From NCBI GenBank assembly GCA_051382295.1, contig JBBCAW010000008.1:64001-128000 (forward strand): a stretch of 64,000 nt of DNA, given 5' to 3'. Of the stretch, positions 29,361 to 36,652 are shown one piece after another. Position numbers and translations under genes: made by a program. The notes beneath the pieces are model-generated. The model made no database searches, was not told where the DNA came from, and worked only from the letters and a program-made list of their open reading frames with translations. The stretch's first letter is position 1. Each line of letters opens with the position of its first letter. This DNA comes from Bdellovibrionota bacterium FG-1 (GTDB lineage: Bacteria > Bdellovibrionota > UBA1018).

Positions 29361-30916
29361 TTTCGATCCTCCACCTGCCAAAAGATGTTTTTTAACTCAG
29401 CTTCGTAACGATAACTGGTATCTGGGACGTGAATACCATTAGTAAATAAAATTGGCAGATTAACTTGAAACAACGGAATCACATATTTTAAGCGTTCGAA
29501 CTCCAAAAGTGCGTCTGCATAGGCTTTCAATCGTATTTTAGCTTCTGAAATAAATCGCGCCTTTTCAATTTTTTCAAAAAGCTTCCTACTAGGTTCAAAA
29601 CCCTTCTTGAACCCGATTCCATCATGGAGCAGGTCTAGAAATCCATCCGGATCCGGAAAATTCCCCATATAAGGAATGGACAACAGATCAAAATCAAAAT
29701 GATCTAGGGAGGCTTTCAGGTCAGCCCCAGCTTTTACCTCAATATCAGCATTAATCCCAATCAGAGAAAAAGCCCCCGAAAACGCCTTCAAAAGAGGCCC
29801 ACTGAAATAAGTTTGGGGTAAAACAAACTTGAGGTGAACATTAAGTGCGCGAGCACCCCACTTCCTTTTAAAGGCCTCCACGGGCATCTTATCTAGAGTT
29901 CGCTCATAGTAGTAACTCGGCAATATCCCCTTCGGCATAAAATAGGGTGATACCTTCTGAAAGGGTGAAATAAGCTCTGCCTTTTCAGTGATCGAATAAA
30001 TCACTGAAGCTAGGTCACGGCGAAAATCATCATCCTTCAAAAGCTGATTCCTAGGGTTCAAATAAAGATGACTAAAAGCAAGGCTGTTCGTTCGAAGTAC
30101 GGTCACACTTGACGGAACCTTGGACACATCAAGTTCTCCAAAAGGTACTCCAATTGCGAGATCCAGCGCCCCCGCCGTGAAAGCATTAAGCACTTCGTCG
30201 ATGCCTGCCTTGCGCTGAATACAGAATGCAGCTGTTTTTGGCGGTACCCCTATGTACCCATCAAACCGGTGGAGAAGCCACGTTTTTGAATCGCTTAGAT
30301 ACTCAGCTTTCATGGGACCAGAACCATTTGCTTTTTTATGAATATCAAAGCCTTTTGGAAAAACTGAAAATCCTGGCATCGCCAATACGGATAAAAATGG
30401 CGAATAAGGCTTAACCAAATTAAAAGAGAGAGAATGCTTGCCTATGATCTTCACGCCAGCTGGAATTTCTCCATTCTTTACCCGGTCAGTGCCAACCAAT
30501 ATGCCATTAAGATAACCTTTTACCACGGACTTGGATGAAGGCCAAAAGTGTTTTCCGATACTAAAGGCTACATCATCACTCTCAACGACTTTGCCATTAT
30601 GAAAATGAGCATCTGATCGCAATTCCATCGAATAAACTCGCCCTGTACTATCGACTGACCATTTCTTGGCAAGCGATGCCACGATTTGGCCATTTTCATT
30701 CACTCTCGTTAGAGTGTCAAAAACTGCCTGAATCAAGAGAAATTGCTGATAATTCCATGCCTCGGTTGGATCTAGGTACTCCGGCACATTGACTAAACTA
30801 AGGTTGAGCATTTGCTTAGATCTCCTTGCAACCACAGAGCTACAATTTTCAGAAAAAGCTAAAGATACAGAACAACAATTGATCAAAATAAGTAGACCAT
30901 AAAAATATAACTTCAC
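29357..30916 (-). CDS. Family 5 (OppA/DppA-like) extracytoplasmic solute-binding protein, with no permease genes nearby
   Basis: Signal peptide, LDP, VFDTLTR, LAKKW, LRSDAHFHNG, GSGP, PDPDGFL; GTG start at 30916 or 30925. Confidence 0.85.
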   Translation of the reverse strand: MKLYFYGLLILINCCSVSLAFSENCSSVVARRSKQMLNLSLVNVPEYLDPTEAWNYQQFLLIQAVFDTLTRVNENGQIVASLAKKWSVDSTGRVYSMELRSDAHFHNGKVVESDDVAFSIGKHFWPSSKSVVKGYLNGILVGTDRVKNGEIPAGVKIIGKHSLSFNLVKPYSPFLSVLAMPGFSVFPKGFDIHKKANGSGPMKAEYLSDSKTWLLHRFDGYIGVPPKTAAFCIQRKAGIDEVLNAFTAGALDLAIGVPFGELDVSKVPSSVTVLRTNSLAFSHLYLNPRNQLLKDDDFRRDLASVIYSITEKAELISPFQKVSPYFMPKGILPSYYYERTLDKMPVEAFKRKWGARALNVHLKFVLPQTYFSGPLLKAFSGAFSLIGINADIEVKAGADLKASLDHFDFDLLSIPYMGNFPDPDGFLDLLHDGIGFKKGFEPSRKLFEKIEKARFISEAKIRLKAYADALLEFERLKYVIPLFQVNLPILFTNGIHVPDTSYRYEAELKNIFWQVEDRK

Positions 30917-32056
30917 CTTTTGCACAAAAAGGTCCTTTCTTGACCATTTCTCAATTGACAGCAAATCTCTTCAGGCGTGACTGAAATCCTTAGCTCTCCG
31001 ATCGCCTCCGAACCTTGTTTAAGATCAGCCGGCAAAAAACATCGCGCTAGTTGCATTAGACCAGCCTCCCGAAGAGAACGCCGATTTTTCCAACCAAAAT
31101 CGCAACCCAGATTTTCATGTATTCGCATGATTTCCAACCGAGGAAACAAATACGACTCCAACTCTACTTCGGAAGCAGAAGATTCTAAATCAACCAAAGC
31201 AGAAGAAAAGTATCTCAACTTATTCGATCCCATCGTCCTAAAAAAATAAGGAATATCTTGACGATTTAACTGCTGCTGTTCACTCGGAAGCACTGTAGGG
31301 TGCCATTGCTTTTGCTCGCCTAGAAGTGCCAAGCGATAACTACTTGTATCGCGCAATATAACTCGAATTGGCCATTTCCAAATCTCAGAAACGTTAGTAA
31401 TGAATTTCGTGACTGCCTTCTCTTCTTGATTCAACACATCAATTACCTGAAGAAAGCCCACTTTAGATACCCGCAACGGACTTTAAGGGATTTAATGAAT
31501 TATTCAAAAAGGGTAAAAGCGAAGACAGACCACTTTGAACCGTAGCATTATGCTTCGGATGCAGAAGAAAAGTCTGGGACGGAAGCTGGTAGTCATCAAA
31601 AATACACTCAATATCTAGAGGCATGCAAATCGGCCCACCACTTTTGGAAGTGCCAAGTGCCATATTTTGCGCGTGAATATCTCCAATGCCGAACCATGAG
31701 ATCAAAGCGATAACCGAGCCTACCTGCTGACAAACTAGAGATGATAGTTCAAATCGCCCCGGGTCCCAATGAATTCGTTCCACTCTGCCTTGGGCCAATC
31801 CCGGATCGGATGAAAAAAACTCCACATCCTCAAACAAATCAAACGGACATCCCGTGGAGTTCCGCGAAAAAACATCAGATAGAAAAATACGTAAAGGACT
31901 TTCCTTAGATAAAAACAGCCACTCCCAACCAATCGTTCTCGGCTTTTCGAGAGTTCCATCGTCCAATTCGCGTACACGACGACCAAAATTATGAGGATCG
32001 CCTAATAACCGCCCAGCATTTAAATGAGAAACGTCACAATGAGCCACAAGTGACAT
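30913..32056 (-). CDS. Stand-alone LanM N-terminal dehydratase domain protein (DUF4135), split by a 1-nt frameshift near 31465
   Basis: 5' part has GDPHNFGRRV, KPR, DIHAQN, LDIECIF; 3' part has GF, IRVILRDTSSY, EQQQLNRQDIPYF. All are LanM dehydratase motifs in the expected order; no LanC domain. Confidence 0.85.
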
Positions 32057-32077
32057 TTTAATTCAATAAAACGAAAC

Positions 32078-32155
32078 TTACGCGGTAAATGTCATGCCGA
32101 GTGTTTCAGCTTGGGTTTCAATTCCATCCAAATCAATGATTTCTACGTTTTCCAT
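32078..32155 (-). CDS. Putative RiPP precursor peptide, 25 aa: MENVEIIDLDGIETQAETLGMTFTA
   Basis: Manual translation; GGAGG RBS 4 nt before ATG; TAA 21 nt before the DUF4135 start; acidic leader with IIDLD, four Thr, no Cys or Ser. Confidence 0.8.
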   Translation of the reverse strand: MENVEIIDLDGIETQAETLGMTFTA

Positions 32156-32198
32156 AAATCCTCCGGTATCTGCCATTAATCACCGTCGATCGTGAAAC

Positions 32199-32228
32199 TG
32201 AATAGCAAAACCTGACATATTGCGTCAA
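32199..32228 (-). promoter_or_regulatory. Putative sigma70 promoter of the peptide operon with overlapping TGAC-N7-GTCA palindrome
   Basis: TTGACG-N18-TATTCA with TG extension on the minus strand; palindrome at 32213-32227. Confidence 0.4.
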
Positions 32229-32333
32229 TCTTTTTCTGCAACCACTCTCCCATTTTTACTTTTCCCCTATTAAATCAGTCCACTAGAATGTCACACTAGA
32301 CAAATAACATCGCCCTCTTAACAGGAATCCCTC

Positions 32334-33521
32334 GTGTCAAAACCAATCCCTTCCAACTCCTTCACCCGATCCAGAGCGGTTTTCTATTGCGCAGGATTAT
32401 TCACCTCGTCCTTTGGATCTCTTACCTATGCGGCCGCCCTACCGGCCCTGTTTTTTAAATTGGGGGTCAGTCCTTTTTACATCGGCACCCTCATTGGAGT
32501 CATGAGGCTTGTCAATTTCATGATGAACCTTTCGCTCGGGCATATCGGCGACATCATCAGTCCAAAAAAAGTCATGATCTTTTGCGAGATCGGTGCCGCC
32601 GTTGCCTCCTCCTTGATTTTCTGGAGCTGGTGGAAATATGGATTAAGCGGGCTAACGCCGTTCTTTTTGGCCAATCTATTGCGGGTCGCCTTCACCTCCC
32701 TTCAATCAGGTAGCATTCAGAAACATGGAAAACTCTTTGACACCTCGCTGGGAATGCAAGGACGATTCGCCGTCATCTTAAATGGGGCAACTCATGGGAC
32801 ACTTTTTTTCGGCGGAATCTTGGCTGCGGTATTTTTTGACCGACTTACAATTCCATTGATTGTCGTTTTAGATGCCGCAACCTTTATTCTGAACGGCCTA
32901 TTACTTTTTGCTTTCCAAAAAGATCCCGAAATAGCGCCAACAAAGATCGGCAAAACACCCAAACGTTCGTTTGGGACAAACCTACTTTTATATTACGAAA
33001 ATTTTCCGGTTTTAATGACCGCAGACATTCTCCTCTCGCTGGCACTCTGTGGATCAAATACACTGAGCCTTCGGCTACTCATCAGCAAACCAGAATGGAT
33101 TCCACTCATGCCCGCCATTTTTGGTGCGGCGGCCTTTCTTACCTCTTTTGGTTGGGATAGAAAATTTACCTCTCGATCCAACATCCTTTGGACCACCTAT
33201 GCATTTTCTCTAATTCTTCAAGGCGTGTTTTCACAATTTCCCGAAGTCGTACTAGGTATTTCATTTATCCGAAACTGCACCTATTGGCTCATTTTTCACG
33301 CTATTAGTCGCGAACTCATGAAATCCGCGCCGACCGCCTCGTATTCGGCAATCACGGCTGGACGAACTACGGTGGTTATCGGAGTCCTCGCGTCCGGCGA
33401 AGTCTGGGTAGGAGCAACCCAAGCTATTCCTATCGCAATCGAAATGACTTGGCGTTCGGCTGTCGCACTCTTTGTCCCCTGCCAAAACCTTTTCAGAAAA
33501 CCACCCAATCCGATGGCGTAA
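32334..33521 (+). CDS. MFS transporter (Mef/EntS-like exporter type), divergent from the peptide operon
   Basis: Many hydrophobic segments, motif-A-like GHIGDIISPKKVMIFCE, LDAATFILNG. Confidence 0.8.
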   Translation: MSKPIPSNSFTRSRAVFYCAGLFTSSFGSLTYAAALPALFFKLGVSPFYIGTLIGVMRLVNFMMNLSLGHIGDIISPKKVMIFCEIGAAVASSLIFWSWWKYGLSGLTPFFLANLLRVAFTSLQSGSIQKHGKLFDTSLGMQGRFAVILNGATHGTLFFGGILAAVFFDRLTIPLIVVLDAATFILNGLLLFAFQKDPEIAPTKIGKTPKRSFGTNLLLYYENFPVLMTADILLSLALCGSNTLSLRLLISKPEWIPLMPAIFGAAAFLTSFGWDRKFTSRSNILWTTYAFSLILQGVFSQFPEVVLGISFIRNCTYWLIFHAISRELMKSAPTASYSAITAGRTTVVIGVLASGEVWVGATQAIPIAIEMTWRSAVALFVPCQNLFRKPPNPMA

Positions 33522-33569
33522 CTCATGAACCTCGTTAACAAAAGAGAATCGATTGGTCGTTTTCCAAAT

Positions 33570-33598
33570 TTGACATAGGCATCTAAAAGGCATACAAT
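33570..33598 (+). promoter_or_regulatory. Sigma70 promoter directly abutting the BrnT-like ATG (leaderless)
   Basis: TTGACA-N17-TACAAT, then 7 nt to ATG 33606. Confidence 0.75.
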
Positions 33599-33605
33599 AG
33601 CCTCA

Positions 33606-33878
33606 ATGCGGCCCTTTTCTTGGGATGAAGACAAAAACAAAGAACTACAAACGGGACGAAGTGTTTCATTCGAGCAAGTGAGGGATGAAATCAAAGCAGG
33701 TCGATTTCGGATTGAGAAAAACACAAGCGGCAATCACCCTGGTCAATCGATCTACCTGGTCATAATTAATAGCTATGTTCATGTCGTGCCTTTTCGAGAA
33801 ACCGAAGAAGCTATTTTATTGATCACGATTTTTCCCAGTCGTTATTGGCAGGAAAAAACACGAGGAGTATTACTATGA
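33606..33878 (+). CDS. BrnT-like toxin
   Basis: FSWDEDKNKEL...RSVSFEQV...YVHVVPF...LITIFPSR. Confidence 0.85.
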   Translation: MRPFSWDEDKNKELQTGRSVSFEQVRDEIKAGRFRIEKNTSGNHPGQSIYLVIINSYVHVVPFRETEEAILLITIFPSRYWQEKTRGVLL

Positions 33879-34255
33879 GCACTACAAAATCCGTAAAGCT
33901 CGATGAATTTGAAGAGACTTTAGAGCGTTCTTTCCATAAAGACAAATGGACTACGATTAAGAACTCCAAAGAACGCGAAAAGGCCATGAATGCTGCTAAA
34001 CTTGCAAAAACAGAGCGCACGAACATCAGACTTTCTGAGAGCGATCTCCTGGGGATTAAGCAAAAGGCGATTGAGAAAGGACTGGGCTATCAGACACTCA
34101 TTTCCAGCTTGGTCCACCAGTACGTGACAGGGAGGCTCTTGGAAGTGGATTCGTCGGGGCTTAGTGAAATGGTTTTTGCCACAGTTAACGCCATTTTTGA
34201 AAAAAACGGCAGCAAGCACCCTAGGACTACGAAAACTAAGCGACGCGCGCCATAG
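33875..34255 (+). CDS. BrnA/CopG-like ribbon-helix-helix antitoxin
   Basis: RTNIRLSESDLLGIKQKAIEKGLGYQTLISSLVHQY; ATGA overlap with the toxin; GAGGAG RBS. Confidence 0.85.
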   Translation: MSTTKSVKLDEFEETLERSFHKDKWTTIKNSKEREKAMNAAKLAKTERTNIRLSESDLLGIKQKAIEKGLGYQTLISSLVHQYVTGRLLEVDSSGLSEMVFATVNAIFEKNGSKHPRTTKTKRRAP

Positions 34256-34408
34256 CGTGAAATGGAAACACCACGATAGCGCCTTCGATGCGCTGCGAGC
34301 CTGCTTCGCAACCTGACTCATATCGACCGCAAAGGCTTTAAAGAACGAGCAACCACACAAATACCTGTTATTACGATTAGTTATGACGAAAACGGCATAT
34401 TCAGTGGA

Positions 34409-34472
34409 CATTAGATATTCACAGAGCAATAGAAACCATTGGTCCAATAGATATCTAGTGTACAATAGATAC
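34409..34472 (+). repeat. Four CAWTAGAWAY repeats with exact 18-bp period ending at the ATG of the next gene
   Basis: cattagatat 34409, caatagaaac 34427, caatagatat 34445, caatagatac 34463. Confidence 0.75.
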
Positions 34473-35741
34473 ATGCGAGCAACTACCGAACGCAGACCTC
34501 TCGACGAAAGGACTCAAGCGGAGATCCGGAAGGCTCTCTCGCGGGTTGGAGTACAGGGAAAATGGACCAAGAGCCCCAGCCATGTGGGAGCAGCATCTTG
34601 GGTCGTAACGACAGCGGCTGGCGAGAAAATCGCAATCGCGGCGAAGAGCCTCCAGCCGATGAGATATGCCAATCTTGAGGCCCAGGTCGCGCTCGGCCTG
34701 ATACAACTCCACCATGCTCGACGACAGGAACCGGGTTGCATGCCATTACTCGTGCTAGTGGTTCCGGACATCAACGAGCGCCTCAAGGCGGAGTTCTACG
34801 TGATTCTGGAAGCACACTCTGAGTTGTTAGCACCCGACTGGTTGCTCTTGTCCGAAACGGGGCGCTACTACGCAATGATTGGCGGCAAGAGTGCGATCGG
34901 ACAGCTGAGTGAGCCCAAGGCAAACGCCTCACGTTCCTTCCTCGACCACTATGTGGAAGCTTTCTCAAAGCACCCTTCAAAACAGCGTATTTCTGCGGTG
35001 ACATTTACCGGAAATCACCAATGGATATTGAAATATCTGCTCTTGAACGGAATTGAGTCGAAGTATTGGGGGGCGTCCACATTCACAGGACAGTGGAATT
35101 CCAATACCCTTAAAGTTCAAGCTGGCTACAATACGGCTGCTCAAACACATAACGTCTTAGTCGAACTTGAAGAAGCCGGCTATCTCGTAAGAACGCGGGG
35201 GAGGATCGTCTTCCGCGACCTCCGACGTCTATTCGAGAGCTGGATACAAGCATATCACACCCAAAAGCATGTACTCATGCCCCTCGGACCCCTCTACCCC
35301 GGTGAGGATTTTGATCAATGGCGAGACAAAAAGGGCGGATGGTGGGCCCGCTTTGAACAAGCCGCAGGCAAAGCAAACGTACCTATCCTAGTCGGCGGTC
35401 ACATGGGTTGCTTTGCACTCGGCGTCGGTTGGTCAAACAACCCTTCGATCTTGCTCCATGCCACAATTGCCCATCCACCTAGTTTGGAGCTATTTCTCCG
35501 CGCAATGGAACTCAAGGAGACGGACAACACGAATTCTCCAATCCAGCTCCAATTGCATCGATTTCAAAAGCCTGTCCTCGACGTGGTTGAACTCGAAGAA
35601 AAGCCGCAAAACCGAACTGTCGATATCATTCAATGCATACTCGATGTCTCACTTTTTGGCGGCAGAGGCGAAGAGCAAGCCGAGCATATTTTTGAAAAGA
35701 TTTTATTTCCTCACTTTCGGAGGATGGAATGGTCACTTTAG
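34473..35741 (+). CDS. AbiEi-like (type IV TA antitoxin-like) regulator
   Basis: wHTH-like region (VLVELEEAGYL) and C-terminal IIQCILDVSLFGGRGEEQAEHI motif; followed by a nucleotidyltransferase remnant; TACAAT 6 nt before ATG. Confidence 0.65.
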   Translation: MRATTERRPLDERTQAEIRKALSRVGVQGKWTKSPSHVGAASWVVTTAAGEKIAIAAKSLQPMRYANLEAQVALGLIQLHHARRQEPGCMPLLVLVVPDINERLKAEFYVILEAHSELLAPDWLLLSETGRYYAMIGGKSAIGQLSEPKANASRSFLDHYVEAFSKHPSKQRISAVTFTGNHQWILKYLLLNGIESKYWGASTFTGQWNSNTLKVQAGYNTAAQTHNVLVELEEAGYLVRTRGRIVFRDLRRLFESWIQAYHTQKHVLMPLGPLYPGEDFDQWRDKKGGWWARFEQAAGKANVPILVGGHMGCFALGVGWSNNPSILLHATIAHPPSLELFLRAMELKETDNTNSPIQLQLHRFQKPVLDVVELEEKPQNRTVDIIQCILDVSLFGGRGEEQAEHIFEKILFPHFRRMEWSL

Positions 35742-36482
35742 ACGCTACCTTCTTCAAAACGCTCGGATCGCTTGCCAAAGCAATCGAACCCTACCTTAAG
35801 GACGTCGATCTCGCGACCGAACAGAAGATCCGATCTGGCTACTCCCGTACTAACCTCGCAGCCCTGCTCAACAAAGCTGGTTTCAAAGTTGACCAAGTTT
35901 CGACTCGTCGACGGGAAGGGCCAAGCGGATAATAATTATGAGGTCGAATTCCTGTGCCCGTTAACTGGCCGTCCACCGGGGCCCGATTACATCGAAGTCC
36001 AGGCCGGCATTTCCGCGACCCCACTGACGTTCATGGACCTTTTCATGCATGAGCCCTGGAAGCTAAAACTGAAACTTCTTCCGGGTCTTGAGGACCGACG
36101 TGAGATAATCCTCGTCCCAAATCCAGGCGTGTAGGTCGTTCAAAAGTTTATCACAATGTTCCGCCGACAAAAACGAGCGGCCCGACGGAAGGACGCATTT
36201 TACATCTATGAGTTTTGCCTGAAATTTAGGGACTCGTTGGAAACCGTCAATGACTGTATCGAGCGACTAGTTTCAATAAGCCACTACAAAAAGGTGAAGA
36301 GCTTCCGAAATGATTTTTCCAGTTACTTTGAGAGCCAGACCGGCGAAGGCATCGCTAACATCATGAGAGAGGTTGAAACACTTCCTTTTGATGGGGTGAA
36401 AACAATCAAGCCGGATCAAGCCACGGTTCACGCAATAATCCAACGCCTAGCGGACACATGGGGTCCGACAGCCGCTCCCTGA
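35729..36482 (+). pseudogene. Disrupted nucleotidyltransferase-fold toxin (GSU2403/AbiEii-like)
   Basis: PYLKDVD lacks the usual GG motif; frameshift near 35890; in-frame TAG at 36132-36134 in VPNPGV*VVQK; VEFL, PL, RKD motifs. Confidence 0.65.
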
Positions 36483-36596
36483 TCCCGACCCCACATGAGG
36501 GGCTTCCGGTAAAAGTGAGGGGATCCGCGCGCGCAGGATGCGCTTTTCGCGCGGAGTCCAAGGAAGGACGACCCCGACACCTTTTACTGGGAGCCC
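36480..36596 (+). repeat. MITE-like palindromic element, copy 1
   Basis: About 25-bp imperfect terminal inverted repeats (GGGGCTTCCGGTAAAAGTGAGGGG ... CCCCGACACCTTTTACTGGGAGCCC); homologous to 53861-54051 in opposite orientation. Confidence 0.8.
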
Positions 36597-36652
36597 ATCC
36601 GGCAATTTCTGCCCATACCCGAAACCAGTTTTTGCCCCTATCATCAAGAGAG

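Noticed and set aside
31455..31475. Programmed +1 frameshift (prfB-like) in the DUF4135 gene
   Set aside because: ATC-TAA offers no good tRNA re-pairing, there is no slippery run and no clear internal SD; an indel or assembly error is more likely.
30913..32155. Class II lanthipeptide (lantibiotic) cluster
   Set aside because: No LanC cyclase domain, no Cys in the precursor, and no LanT/C39 transporter or immunity genes.
32200..32220. Sigma54 promoter for the peptide operon
   Set aside because: TTGC is present but the -24 GG at the required spacing is not.
33524..33577. 17-codon ORF MNLVNKRESIGRFPNLT after the MFS gene as a second precursor
   Set aside because: No RBS, no similarity to the 25-aa peptide, and it overlaps the BrnT promoter.
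36458..36652. N-terminal extension of CpaF
   Set aside because: It is translation through the palindromic repeat; similar peptide text appears in spurious ORFs over copy 2.
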